64,000 nt of DNA from the NCBI RefSeq assembly GCF_009914755.1, contig NC_060937.1; one strand, written 5' to 3'. The number at the start of each line of letters is the position of its first letter. Positions within the stretch are counted from its first letter, which is position 1. The notes below the pieces were generated by a model. It ran no database searches, was not told where the DNA came from, and saw nothing but the letters and a program-made list of their open reading frames with translations. Shown here one piece after another: positions 34,729 through 50,899 of this stretch. The DNA comes from the human T2T-CHM13v2.0 reference genome, Homo sapiens. The position numbers and the translations under genes were made by a program.

Positions 34729-37484
34729 AAAAAGAATTGGTTAAGCAACATAGTAACTTTATTTATTCCATGGTTGAGTACTCAGATTTTGTACGTATAC
34801 ATGTTGCAACGAAAAATATAATTAAACATTATTTTCAAAACAGTTGAATAGAGTGATCAGCACAGGTTCCTGAAAAAAGACTTGACTCGTCTTTTCTATG
34901 AGAGTGTGTGCATGTTTCTTGTTCAGATGAGACCCTAGAAGTACTATTTATAGACTGTAAGATTGAAAAACTCTACATTTTGAACATTTCTTAATAACTA
35001 ATTCCACAAGTCTATTTATGAATCAGAATTTCCTCCTATTTCTCCCTTTTCCAGCGTGAGCTCTAAATTCAAGAAATAGTGAGCTGGAAGAAGGCTTAGG
35101 AAGGGAAATAATTCTAAATGATTAAGTAAACAAAATAATTTGATCAGTATAACTCTAGTCTCCTGACAGCAAATAAAACAGAGAATTAACAATTAACAGG
35201 AACATATGATGACTTCATTCATTATCAGTAATAATGCTATCTGGACTTCATGAGGGGCTGGACTTGGATGTTTATACTTACTTTGGAATTTTATCTCATA
35301 AATTTTCTCAACTCTGGAGAATTTATTTAACTCTTGCTGTACTATACCAAGGATTAACCACTGTATACAGTAGAGAAAATACAGATATCCTGAAACAGAG
35401 AAGATTCTAGAGTTTACATGGAAGCAGGAAAGAAATGACAATTATGGAAAATTTATCCCACGGTGATGGACAAGGGCTCATACAACAAACATGTTTTCTG
35501 TCTATGTCTCCAGTTCTCACCTACAATCTAAACTTGTGTGTGTGTGCAGAATGCTTAGAGAATTAATCTAGTTTTTGAAGATTCTGATCCAACAGACTAT
35601 ATGCAAAACATGGTGATTTTAACATGTAGTTTACTTATTATTTCTGAAATGCAGCACATATTTTTGCCTAAGTTTTTCTTTTTCCTTATTGTCAATGATG
35701 AAGAAATATCCATGATATAAGACTCAGGATTGGAGACTTTGTCTCTCACCACTGAGATCAGTGAACGTGGCAAGAGTCAATCATTCCATCTCTATTATAA
35801 AACCCCAAATATAAGATTTTATTCTTCATACAATCTGGTGCTAATAATAACAGTAACAAAAATCATGAATATTCTTTCATGTTTATAAGAAGATCCCTCC
35901 ATTTTCTGCTACTTCCTGCTTCTTCATTTATATGCCAGCAACACAGAGTTACCCATATTTCTCTGAATACCTCTCATGCTTACAATTGATTTCTTAATTT
36001 TGCTGTCTGAATATCCTTCCTCTGCTTGTTTGCCTTGCTACTTTCCTCTCATCTTTCAAGATTCAGCTCCAGGTTGACCACATCTAGAAAGTCTTCCCAC
36101 CGAGGCTCCTCAGATACTGTTTTTATCCCCTCTCTTCATCTCTTTTTCATCCTTCATTGTAATGGCCATTTGTTTTTCTGTCTCCCTATTAGACTGCCAG
36201 CTCCCTGGGTAAGGAATTCAGATCTCAGCATAGCTCTATCCTGGTGCTTTATAGTATCTGGCACAATGTATGTCTACAAAACATTTTTTATAAATTAATG
36301 TATGGCTAATATTTTATTTTAAAAGGTAGAGCTTATAAAGTAGGAGCATGATATTTTATCAATCTTTCAGGACAATCTTTAGAAGTGGAAAGAGTAGCAA
36401 AAAAATACTCCAAGATGAACGTCTCAGACTAGTTTGTGTTGGAACCTGGACTTGAAACAAATTCTATGCTGAAACAAACAACAGCAACCAATAAGCTTTC
36501 TTTAGTACCACTGAATATATAGGGAATGTGGACATGAAATTAAAATATACTATTTTATTTATTCCTCATGACAGCCCTACAGAGGGCAGCATAGATAACA
36601 TTATCCCTATTTTCCAAGTGAGGATACTGAAGTTTGGAGAGTTTATGTGACTTTCCCGAAGTGGCAGGCACAATAAACAGAGAGGCTAAGAGTCAAGCCC
36701 TGTTCGAATTCACTCCAAATCTGTGCTGTGAAGGGCAAGACCGTAAAACTTCTCAAACCGTATTCTTCTCGGTGTGGGTAGGATTACTTTTCCAAAATAT
36801 TATTACATTCATTGTTTCTATTGTTCAAACTCTGCAAATACACATTTGGTAACATAGCAGTGCACATTCAAAGAGATGGTATCAATGTGTTATCTTCCAT
36901 TGACAAGAATCCAGGCCTCCAGCAAGAGGGAAAAAGGAGATCCTGGTTATGTGAATTGCCAGCTACAGCCCTTGCCTCAGAGTTAGGTTCTAGCAAGTCT
37001 ACACCTCTGCCGCCAGACATATACCATGAATATAATATTTACTTTAACTTTTTGGGGTGTTATATTTTCTAAACTCAATTTGACATTTAATTATATTCAG
37101 ATATTTAAAGAAACAATTTTATTCTGAGTTTATCAAAAACAAACTCTCAGATCCAGAATTAATTTGGGGAGTTTTCACTCTGGAGAGAAGCTGTTGTTAC
37201 ATTTGAATCCTCTACACTTTCTCCTTCTTCTCCTACCACACATCAAATGTGTATTTTCTTCAGAAGTCATCAGCTTCATTAAACATAATGTAATTTGGCT
37301 GTTTGAAATTCACAATGTATTAAAAAGTCAAGAGCAAAACCTTTGAGAAATAATTTAATGCTGAAAATTATCTTTTTCTCTTTTTCCTTCAATTCATACA
37401 AACATTAAAGGTTTGTTACAGGTAATTTGGAGACATCATAGTGAATGTGATTTCATTTATTGAAATAATGTTGTCTTCCAACAC

Positions 37485-38745
<1,261 letters not shown>

Positions 38746-41700
38746 AAGATAATAAAAGACTAATAAAAAATGTTGTCTCTAATGACTATAAAATGTATTT
38801 GAAATACATAGATGATTCCTATAGCCCCCCCCCACATAATGATTTTGTACCAAGAGGGTAAAGTATAAGCTTATCTGATTCCCAGGTTATTTCTCAATAT
38901 CTTACATCTAGCTTTTACAAATGACACATAAGAAAATGAGGAGTTTTGTTCTAATAGGAAAAAAAATACTATTTAACCATGTAATAAGACCCCTGACTTT
39001 TAAGCTAAAAGAAATCAAAAATTTTTTAAAGTAATATTTCCCATTATGGGCGTTTTATATTTTTCTCATTGTGATTTCATCACTAGGCATTGAATAATTG
39101 CTTGTAACATTCTATTCCTTCAGCATTTATTTCATCCTGCTGCCTCACTTCCCATTAAAGGATCTAAACATAAATTGTTATACATCATAGCTTTTCAAAA
39201 CTATCAGAAACCTATTTTAAACATTTTACTGACCTAAAAATAGATTTATTTTCCAGAGGTTCTAACAATTCCAAAATCCTAACAAGTATATAGAGAGTAA
39301 GATATTATAATCCCAAATTTGCCCAAGTCACTCATCTTTTTCATTGTGATAAAGAAGCAGTTTTGGGGTAGCAATGAAAGCCCAATTTGCCATAAATCAA
39401 CGTCACATATTGTCTTCAAGCTTCAGAAAAATTAAAGCCTTAGTAAGTTACACACCTTCTGTTCAAACACTTATAGTTTGCTATAGATACTAGCACTAGT
39501 ACAGGGATTTATAAATAAAGCTATAGATTAGTGATCAAAGCAGAAATAATGGGAAAATGAATACCTTCCCTTTCCCTCTTCTTGTTGTTAAGTTTCTCTT
39601 CTTCACAGACCACAGGAAGACACTGAAACTGCTGTTACCCATACCAAAGAGTGCTTGTTATTCTGTTCTTGAAGCTGCCCCAGCAACCAGTGACCTGTTT
39701 AAGAACCTGTGTTGACAAGCTCCACAGGTGTCCTGGCTTAATGTTGCTCTGGAGTGCTTTTAATAGATAAGCATACTCTATCTACTCTGGCAAAGAAAAA
39801 TAGGGTGGGCAATGAAACAACCATTTCTCTAACCTGAGCTGAATACTTAACATAAGTCAAGGGTAAAGAAAACATTCTGCTTTTACAGTGTCCTGAGATG
39901 CCATTGAAGGGCTGCCCTTTAGTTTATATATTTATGTATCATCCATATAGGCAGAAACCAGTTCATTCAATGAAACTAGACTGAGATAATAAAGGTTTAA
40001 AAAGGTTTTGAAAACATAAGCAGAGGCATTTGGAAATATTATAAAAGTAATTCAATAATAGTTCTTACTTTAAGAGTTAAACCTTCCAAATATTTGATTT
40101 TTCATGGGCCCATGTTTAATTATTCATAGATACAATTTTTGGTTAATTTTGGTTAGTTATACTAAAATAATTTCATAAATTAAAGTAATGATTTTATAAT
40201 CTCGGGATTTTGTTTCTGTGTAATTGTCAGAAATAAAAATATAAGAGTATAATAAGGAAAAAATTGATGTTACATAACGTACATAAATGCAAATATATTC
40301 TGAAATTAAATCCACTGCTACTTTTCTTATAAAGATTTACTTATTCTTATGACAAATGTGGTCATGGTCATAGAAAAAAAGACTACATAGGGAAAATTTT
40401 GAAATGTGAAAGATAAACTTCGCTGTTCTACTTACAGAAGATGGCAAACTTGTGCAAAGGGTGTGTATTTTCCTTTACTAAAAGTTGTTTTTGCAATAAA
40501 ATCAAGAATCATCTACCCAGGGGACCATTCAAACTTGTTAATTCAAAACGTAGGAAAAGATGTGGGCCTGGGTTTGCATACCTATCCACAGAATGGGCCT
40601 GATTTGTGGCAATTTCCTTTCTGGATATCTGAAGTGTTTTCTCTCTCTGTATATCTATAGCACACTCTATCTCCAGAGTACTGTGGAGATGGAGGACTCT
40701 GATAAAGGTATAGTAAGAATCCAGCAAAGGTCACTGGATAGATATCAGAACAATTCCATCCATTATACAGAGAACTGGATACACAGGGAACTGAATGAAA
40801 TGTCAAAAATCCTTCCTGGTGCACAGGGAAGATGACCACAAGCTAGTCTTACAGTATCTATATGATGTCCCAGAAACTGTACACCCGGCAGCTGCTAGAC
40901 CACAAGATAAGGGTTCCAAATGCTACCAATAAACAAGCAGAATTTGGACTCCAGAATATAATGTAAGACAATGAGGAAAAAGGTAATGTCTATTTCTAGG
41001 ATTAAGGGATGAGCGTATCCTAATGAAATAGGTAAAATAAAACAAAATTAAAAACCCTCCAATTTCTAAAAACTGGTATCCAAAATCCATTTATTCTCTA
41101 AGAAAAGCATGATCATTATTGCAGGCTAAATGAAACAAGGAAGAGAACTGCCAGTTTCAAAACACCAATGCCAATGACCTGAAAACTCACCAGGATCCCT
41201 TGCTGTCAGACAGTCACTGTTCACGGCAACCTTTGTTGAAGTGCTCAGAAAAGAAGTTTTTTGCAAACCACTTTGAACTGCTAGGCTTAGAAAGGAACTA
41301 ACTTTTGTGTAAGTGATAGACTAGAGTCTTTAGGAACAAAAGGGGTGTGTATAATTTGGAATTAGAATCATCTGGGGAAAATACTTTCCAGTGTGATGGA
41401 TTAAGCAAATGTCTTATTCACACATGCCATTAAGTCACTGTGTTATTGAAGATAACAGAGGGGGGTTCATAAAAGTCACCTCTTCCAGGTTTAATGAGGC
41501 AAGGAAAAAACCTGTATGTCCTATTTAGGGGTCATTTCCATTATAAAACTGTCATTAAGTTCCAGTTCAAAGTTAAATTTGGGAAATAGCTATTTAGATA
41601 ACACAGATGGGCACCTAGCTGAATCTTTGATTAGAAACCCTTAAACAAACTGGCACCCTATTGTCTTTTCTTTTCATTTTATTCATATCAAGGGAACTTT

Positions 41701-44059
41701 TGCCTATATATCTCAGTATAAAATAGACTTTACCTCAACCTTTCTTCCAGTTCAAAATAACAATGCATTCTTCCAGGAAATTTTCAAAAGTCTTGTTCCC
41801 AATAACTTGGGGTTATTTCAGGATGTAAGCTCATTTCAAACAACTTGTCCTAAAAGGAAAAACAAATATGATTATAAAGTGCATGTAGTTTGTGTATGGT
41901 TTTAAAGGGAAAATACTTTGCCTTCATCGGATAAGGTGCAACTAGCCTTCATAGTATTTTCTGTCCCATTTACTTATATAGACACTATCAAGAGAAAATC
42001 AAGCTTTTGCTAGGACATTAAGGAGTTTCTAACCTTTCTTTTCAGTCATGAGCCCCTTGGTAATCCAATAAAATATATGGAACCTATTGGCAGAAAAAGG
42101 GACTTAGCCACTTAACCACAGAATAAAGCATAAATTTCCAGAGAACTTTATGAAATCCAAGGGCCCCACTTAAGAGTTCTCAAACATGAGAGGAAGACAT
42201 TCCATCAGTCTTTCTTCTGGACTGGAAACCCTTAAACAGACTGCCACCTATTATCTTTTTTAAAAATTTTATTCTTTGCAAGACAAGTTTTGGATTTTGA
42301 AAGAAAGGGTAAAAAGCTTAATGGGATATAGGCAGGTCCTTATTATAACAACATTATTGATGTGTTTTGAAAGAAAAAAGGAATAGAACTCCAGAGTGTG
42401 ATTGGGTAATTGTGCAAAGAAAAGTCAGGTTGTTTAGGAAAGTCTAAACTCAAGAATGTCTTTTGTATTTTTATATACAAAAAAATGATAAAATCATAAA
42501 CTAAATTTTAGATTACTTGCCATTTTGAAGTTGTCCTTTAGCAAAAACTGTGAAAGTTACCACTCAATGATTCATATTTCACCATTGTGAATTTTAAACT
42601 TTGAGTTTATACAAACAGATTAAGCCAAAAAATTATGTACTTAGATGATATATGAAATACTAGAAATGATGTGGATTTTGAAATAGACAGAACCGGGTTT
42701 AAATCCCACTCATTAACATTTGTTAATAATATAGCCTTGAGGATATCTGAGGCTTAATTTCCTCTTCTTTGAAAAATGAGATAATACCTACCTTGAGAGA
42801 TGACAGGAGAATTCGATATAGCTATATGAAACATCCAATCCTGGTACTCAGAACTGAAATTAAATTTTCATAATTCAAAAAATTATGGTGAGATTCATAT
42901 TAAGTGTTATTATTTGCAGGAATGAAATACACCTACACTTATTCACTGGACCAAATAGAGATTTCTTAACCCTCCGAATAACACTTTCTTCTTTGTATTC
43001 GTTAAAAAAACCCAGAGTCAGAGCTGGTAAGGAGTCGAATGCACTTCATTAATTTTTGCCACTGAAAATCATGATTTGTACTTAGAGTTCACCATTATTA
43101 CAGCCATATTGGTAAAATGGCCATGTTTGACTTTAACCAGATCAAGCTTGTTTAGCTTTATAAATTCACTGAAATACCACTACACCCCTTCTCATCCACC
43201 TCATCCCTCCCCTTAATAAGTTCTATGGGAAAGGGGCTTTGGAGAAAACTTGTACTTAATTTCACAATATATCCTTATAGTAAAAAGTCTCCATATTTAT
43301 TTTTCCCCAACTTCAACTCAGTCAGGATGCTGTGAACCCAGAAGGTAACAGATAATGCACCTTTGCTTGCCTTGTGAAATTTTCATTTTAGGTTAGTTTC
43401 TTGAAGAAACTACTTGAGGAAGTTACTGCCTATTTCTAGGACTAAAAAATATTAGGTCTTGAGGTCAGAATGCTGTGTATCTTCTGTGAAATATAATTCT
43501 ATCATATGCTGAAAATCTATTATAGTATGATAGAAAAACAATAGAGTACTTTGGAAAAAATCTACCCCTTTCTGTTACTCTTTAACTGGTAAGACTAGCT
43601 TAATTGAACTGTTTTTTGCGTTTCAGAAATAGAGTTGGAGGTTAAGAAAATATAAGTTTAAAAACTCCAAATATGATCATTTTTTGCTCTTTTAATGTTT
43701 ATGTTGTATAAGTTTGCATTTTAATGTTTTTGTTGTATAAGTTTAAATTTCATCTTATGGAAAAACATAAGTTAAATTATCCTTACTGCTTTCATAGAAG
43801 TTGAGTTAAAGTCTAAAATTATTCTAGGTCAAAAAATAAATTAAGGCTACTTCTTCAGTATAAGATATTTTTCTCAAAAATAAGTTAGGTTTTTATTTTT
43901 AAGCAAGCTATAAGAGAATTTATCATTTTTAGCAAAATAAATAAGTAAAAAAACTCTTAGAAAAGATATCAGGCACATAAATGTGTTAATAAAAACAAAC
44001 AAAACACTTACCTTCTTTATCATGTTAGAACATTATACTTTCCATACATGTTAGAATGC

Positions 44060-44525
44060 ATATTTTTAATATTTTGAGAAACCTTCATACTGTGTTCCAT
44101 AGCCTATTTTACAAGCCTAAATGTCTATCAACAGATAAATGAATAAAGAAAATGTGGTATATGTAGAAAATGGAGTATTATTCAGCCTTACAAAAGAAAG
44201 AAATTTTGTCATTTGCAACAACATACATGAACCTAGATAGAGGACACATGGTAAGTGAGATAAGCCAGACACAGAAGAATAAATACTGTATTATTCCACT
44301 TACGTGAGGTATCTAAAATTGTCAAACTCATAGAAGCAGAAAATTGAACAGTATTTGCAGGGACTGAGGGGAAGGGAAAATGGGGAATTGTTCAATGAGC
44401 ATAAAGTTTCAGATATGCAAAATGAGCAAGTTATAGAGAAGTGCTGTACAAGATGGTGACTATAATTAACAATGCTCTACTGCTCATTTAAAGATTTCTT
44501 AAAAGGGTAGATTTGTTAAGTGTCC

Positions 44526-44570
<45 letters not shown>

Positions 44571-44585
44571 GAAAGAAAAAACAAG
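44060..44585 (+). mobile_element. L1MA9/L1MB-like 3' end with a (CA)n tail
   Basis: cctaaatgtctatcaacagataaatgaataaagaaaatgtgg...gtcaaactcatagaagcaga...aaaagggtagat; (CA)n at 44533-44569. Confidence 0.8.
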
Positions 44586-46033
44586 AGAGTAGCTAAGATC
44601 TATAAGCACAGGGCTGTGTCACCAGTCAGACCATGCCTCAACAAATGAAATATTAAAAAGCTTCATATGTAAGACTATGGAGTAGACGTTAAGTCATACT
44701 TTGGATAGAGTTTCATAAAGGTCTTCCCCTTAATAAATTTAACCATGTTATCTACCGTTTTCTCATCTTCCTAAATTTGGTATTTAGATACTGAATTTTA
44801 GAAGATATATCTTCTTTGGCTCTGAGTCCTTTTTATTTTTCATATCCCAAGCATTTATGGCAGCCACATTCGTGCCTATTTCCTGGAATTGTGATTGTCT
44901 CATAAATTTGCTACTATGCTGTCTAATGACATAAACTGTCTAAATATGAGTAATTTGTTTAAGAGTACCCTCCGTTATATATCTGTTCTCCTAATCCTTT
45001 TCTACATTTAAATGATAGGCGGCTGAGAAACACACAATTCACTTTCAGAATTGAGTGGGCTAAACAACATTTATGACTTGAAAAAAACACTTTCTTCTTT
45101 AAAACAAAGAAGGCATATTAGTTTGGCAATTGCAACTCTAGAATCAGTTTATGAGTATGTAAGGAACTACTCTAAGAATTGACTAGAATATACCTAGCCA
45201 AACTTTATCTTTAGAAATTATCCCTCAGTGAAATTGGAACTATTTTTAACATTTTTTTAACTGTTAATAATCCAAAATGCAACTATATAAACAATGAAAA
45301 TACAAAAAAATGAAAATAAAAATCACACGTTCAAATTCTCATGTTAAATCTTAACAAAAAATTGGGCATTACTTTGAACTAGTTGGGAATGATCAAAATA
45401 GAGCTCTTCACTGGAGTTATTAAACATAGAATTTGAGAAAAATTTAGATCTAAATTGGATGAAATTGTTATTGACCTTTAATCACTTACTCCTAATATAA
45501 CCTGAAAGTAGAACATGACTTGCTATTGAATTTCTTTTTCAAATACTGGTATATTAATGATGCCCTCTGACTTTTAGCGTAGCACATTGCATGCTAGGTC
45601 ACAAGTGTTTCCTGAAATGACTGAACTGTATCAGGCTTCATCTTCCAGCACTGATGCACCATCCTGAATATTGCTCTAGGTGAGGTCTTTTATTCTCTGC
45701 CAAAAGTCACATTATTTTTGACACAAGCTTCAGCTGCTTCACCAAAGAGCTAAAGAGTAGAGTCAGAGCTCCAGAAAAGAGATGATTTGTAAGGTCCTGG
45801 AAAAGGTGATGCTTTTAACTGAATTCTCTCTCCCACTTCAGGCTTGGTATCCCACATGTTTAGTTTAGGCACTCTTCCCATCATGATCTCCTGAAACTAT
45901 TAACTCAAAACACCCTTGATCTACATAATTAGATCTTGTTTACCATACCTGGAATCAACATATTGAAAAATAATGTTTATATTTGCTCTTAAATCTAGTT
46001 GTTTCTTTTAGAACCAAGAATTCTGTACTATTT

Positions 46034-46213
46034 TTTTGTGTTTGTTTATTGTTTGTTTGTTTGTCTTGAGACAGGATCTAACTCTATCACCCAGGCTAGA
46101 GTGCAATGGTGAAAACATAGTTCATTGAAACCTTGAAATCCTGAGTTAAGTGATTCTGCCACCTCAGCTTCCCAAGTAGCTGAGACTACAGGCCCATGCC
46201 ACCATACCCAGCC
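46034..46213 (-). mobile_element. Free right Alu monomer (FRAM-like)
   Basis: Single right arm with J/FRAM features and its own tail, flanked by ctg(t/a)actattt at 46023-46033 and 46213-46223. Confidence 0.8.
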
Positions 46214-48957
46214 TGAACTATTTCTTAATAAAGGAATAAAACTTTTTTTCCAAAATTTAACTGTTTATTCCACTTAAATGCACTCACTTTCTTGATAGGT
46301 GATCACATCTTGTTCCTGATCATATGTTACTTGCCTTTGATCCCTGGTTAAAGTCAGGTGTTTCAATGATAAGAGCAAAAGTTGGATTCTGAAACAAAGT
46401 TAAGCTATAAACTACATATAAGTGGTCCATAATATTTATGAAACCCAGTCAATATGGCCAAGGAAAATTGAGGTTACTTCTGTGAAGATAATAAGTACTC
46501 GTTCTGAATGTACTAACAAATCAAAGCTCCAAATATTTTTGTTTATGGAGAAAAGAGGGATAAAAGAAAACTTATTGTGAGAGCTATAATTCCAAAAAAT
46601 AAAGGTGTCACCTGAAATGCTATTGATAGTAGGAACATAAAATTTAAATATACTTCCTAATAATGTTGCCTCTTAATTTTAGTAGAAATGCATTCAGACT
46701 CTTTTTATCATAGCAGTAAACAAAAGGCATGGGATATCTGTGTTTAAACCACCTTAGCTTAACACAATTTGTAATAGCCATCATTAGGAGTTTATGCAGA
46801 GCCCTGTTTTATGTCAACCACGCTAAGATAATGTAGCTCGGGGTGCTATATCCATGGTCTTTGAAATGTGTGCGTAAACAGACACTTTTTCCATGTATCT
46901 GTTTTGTCATTTATTTTGCTGTGTAAACACTATTATGAAATTTAGTCTAATCTTTTTGGGTTAATTCAAACATTTTCACTATGTTCAGATAAATGTAACC
47001 AAAGCCAGATGTTGGTTTCTGTACTAAGAGGGCTCACTTAATGTAAACATGATTCTACTTCCTCCATTTCTTTTTGTCAGTCCAGATGTTGAAGTTGTTC
47101 AAAATGCTTTTCCTTTGCCTCATCACAGACCTCCCAGAAATCAAGCCTGCTTTCCAACTGATTTCTGCATGGGTGTCCACCTTTAACTTCCTATTATGCC
47201 TCACAAGCTCGATAATAATATTACAAGTGGCCCCATTCAATCTTGACAGAAACTCCAAGAAATTCATCTCTTCATTATCAGCTGTCTTCTTTATGCATTC
47301 TCAATTCAGTAGACACTTTTTCAAGCTTCATTTGCTGGGCAGAGTTGTGCTCCCTACCCTCTCACTTCTGAAAAGAAACATACCCTTAATGGATTCTGCT
47401 GACTCTCCATTCATTTTCTAGACTTCATTGGAGATGGCTTTCTTTAGACTGCAGCCTCCTTTGGACTACCTTCACCATCCTTTATTCTGTCATTACTCGA
47501 TCATATTGGTCTTTCAATCTGCATTTCTACCTTCTCTAACAGTCAGTTTACTATCTCCTACTTTTTGTCTCAGTCAGTATTCACACCTCACATAAAAATG
47601 TGTATGCTTTTGTTCATGCTTTATAAAAAAATCTCTCCATGTTTTTGTTTGTTTGCCGACTCTTGATTTTTTAATTGGTGTAACTTAACTCTTTGGACTA
47701 TGGTGTTTTAAAAATGTAGAACTACAATGTTTCTAAGAAAGTACCATAGAATGACAAAAAAATTTCACCTTTTACAACTACTTGTCTCATACATAGCTTG
47801 TCTCTCAATGCATTATTTGCCATAGGCATTTATAAACGAACTGATTTCTTTACCATTATGAAGTCAAAGACAGTTTCTCTTCTACATGCCTCTAGGAAAG
47901 ATTGATGAGCATATCTTTTTTGATGAAATGTTTCAGCCCTAGGATGACCTTAATGTGCTTATATCTTGCTTTGTTGCTAATCTCTTTTATATTTCTATAG
48001 TTTTCTTATTAGTTAAGCAGTCTTGAATGTATAGGGATAGACAAAGAAATTGAATGTTAATTTTTTTGTGGATTCCCCATGATTCAGCCAATACATTATT
48101 TCCAAGTTTAGTTCAGAAGAATAGATTTAAGCAAAACATAGAGAAATTTAGTGAACTTAAAATTTCAGAACGCATCCAACATGAAAAACAGAGAAAGCCT
48201 CAACATTTCTTGTATTAAAATACTTTCCACTTCTAGGAAAACGGGGGTAGGAATTTAAATGTTGACACATAAAATACAGCACTGATTGTTATTATTTAAA
48301 AATGCAGTCACTATCTTAATGTTTTCCTGGAACAGACTTAAATAACTGGGTAACATAATTGTACTGTTCTATTTTTGAATGCCAACTTTGACATTTCTGT
48401 ATGAATCTAAATTTCGAACCATTTTAATTCATACATTGTAATTTTTGCATGTTGCATTAATAATTGGGAAGAAAATTAGAGATTATCTAGTTTAATTACT
48501 CAATTTTAAAGTTGCAGAAACTAGGAACTGGAAATAGTACATTTAAATGACTTTAATCAAGCTGCATATTTAGTTAACAGCAGTACTAGGGCAAAGAGTC
48601 GATTTACTTATCCTCTCAGAAAAAAACTATTTCTGTAATATTAGCCCAGGATTCAATATTCATACTGGTTTGGTGCTTTGCTTGCTTCATCTCCCTCTGC
48701 CCATTCTGCACAATTTATCTGTACAAGAACAATATTCCTTGCACACATTTTTTCCCCTATTCTCTTCACTTGGACTGCCCTTCTCCCCAAAGCATCCTTA
48801 CAGGCTACTCATCCTTTGTTATCTACCATGTCTCTAATCAAATGTGATCTAGATAAACTTTCTCTGAATTCCCTAAGATGATGTAAGGGCATGTTCAACC
48901 ATTTTGTATTTCCATCACACAAATTATCATCTTTCCTTTCATATCAACCCCTAGATC

Positions 48958-49246
48958 CACGCTATTCAATGTGGTAGCCACTAACTACATATGTCTATTG
49001 AGCATTTGTAATGTAATTAGTAGAAATTGGGATGTGCTGTGAGTATAAAACACACAATGTATTTCAAAATCTTAGAATAAAAAGGAACCTATAACATTGT
49101 GTGAAATGATATTTGAATATATCAAGTTAAATGAAACATATTAAGATCAATTTTACCTTTTTCTTTTTCATCTTTTAAAAATATGGCTACTAGAAAATAT
49201 AAAATTACTTATATGGTTTATATTGTTTTCCTATACAGCTCTGCTG
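48958..49246. mobile_element. MER33/MER3-like DNA transposon fossil
   Basis: tggtagccactaactacatatgtctattgagcatttgtaatgt...gatgtgctgtgagtataaaacacaca...atggctactagaaaat. Confidence 0.75.
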
Positions 49247-49844
49247 TAGACCATAAAATTAGCCTTTAAAGTGACCACAGTTTTTAATTTATATACTCAG
49301 CACCTAAGCTTTAGCAATTAGCTAATGATCAGCATGTATTTGATGTTGATTGACATAGTTTCAGATGTTGCTTGAATTGCTTAAGTCACAAAGTAAGACA
49401 GGAAAGATAGGATTGAAATCCAGAGTCTGATTTATCCTGCAATTTTTTTTTACCACAAATCAATTTATTCCAGTGTGTGGCACCTTGTTTTCTAAGCTAT
49501 ATATGACTTCAAATTGAATTATTGTTTCTGTTAAAATGGTTGGTCACCTCAAAAAAAACCAGTCTTGCAACTCAAAATAATTCCCATTTTATGTACAGCT
49601 TAGCTAGGATCTACATTGTTAAGTATGCTAGAGGGATTTGATACTTAATGTGTCTAAGGACAAGGAAATAGAAATATAAACGAATTATAGCCACTTTAGT
49701 GTTCTTTCTGACTCATAGTATAAAGATAATGAGGCTATATTATCTGATTTCTTGGTACTTCTGGAGTCCTACATTATATGCTGAAAGAAAGGACACACTA
49801 CTTGGAATATTTTCCTAAATGGACATCATACTTATTACACTTGT

Positions 49845-50345
49845 ATTTTTTAATAGACTTCATTTTTAGCAGTTTTAAGTTTAGAGAGAAAAATAAGTGA
49901 AAAGTACAGAATGTTTCTTTATCCAAAGTTTACCCCCATCACCATTCCCCCAGTTTCCCTTATTAACATATTATAAGCCACAAGAACTGTAATAAATTTC
50001 TGTTCTGTACAAATTACTCAGTGTAAGATATTACTATGATACCACCTTATAATGTTTTCCTTTCATATACTGTGCCTTTGGTCCTTTGGTATTGTATTTG
50101 CAATGACATCACCAAACTCAGGCTCATCTAGATTTTTTTCCTGTTGTCTTCCAGGAGTTTTATAATTTTGCATTTTAAATTTAGGTCTGTGATCCATTTT
50201 GAATTAATCTTCGTGAAAAATGTAAGATCTGTGTCCAGACTTGCTTTTTTCTTTTTATTTCTTTTTTTTTGCAAGCGGATGTCCAATTGTTCCAGTATCA
50301 TTTATTGAAAAACAATCTTTTCTCCATTTACTTGCCTTACTGTTT
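49845..50345 (-). mobile_element. L1MC-like fragments with an embedded MaLR LTR fragment (~49975-50040)
   Basis: L1MC 3' end (agcagttttaagtttagagagaaa), then agaactgtaataaatttctgttc...aattactcagt, then antisense ORF2 (tttaggtctgtgatccattttgaattaat). Confidence 0.6.
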
Positions 50346-50899
50346 CTCTGGAGAGAGAAGGTGAAGGTCCAAGGGCCATGTAGAGCAGAGAAAAGACTGC
50401 AGATTTAAAGACTTCTTGAGGCTGCAAAACTGGCAAATGCAAGTAGGTTATCTCAAGATATGGAATAGAACTGAAACGTTCAACTTGAGTTCTTGCACTG
50501 GAATCCCAAATGGGCAAGTACCAGTAGTCTGAATGGGTCTTAGCGGGTGGTGAAAATTATTACCAATTCATATTATATAGTGACTACTTCTCCCTCATTT
50601 GTACTTGCATGGAGATGAGATTAGGGAGGACTCCTTCAGATGACTCCAGAGATGAGTCTTTGATTGCTTATGTATTCTACATATGCCCACTGAAACAAAG
50701 GCCAGCATATAGTCTTCAGCTTTCTAGTGATGATCAACAAGGAAGCTGGTAATCCACTCCCACCACTAGTCCAAGGAAAAGAGAGGGATAGAGAAAGAAC
50801 TCAATAGGTTGAGAAAAAGAGGAAAAACAAAATAATTAGAGCAGGTTGCTTATATTAAGTAAAAACAGATGGAATGTAAGAAGAAGAAAACATTAAAAA

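Noticed and set aside
40406-40839. Four overlapping 72-91 aa ORFs on both strands
   Set aside because: No recognisable protein similarity or convincing splice-site framing; compatible with chance
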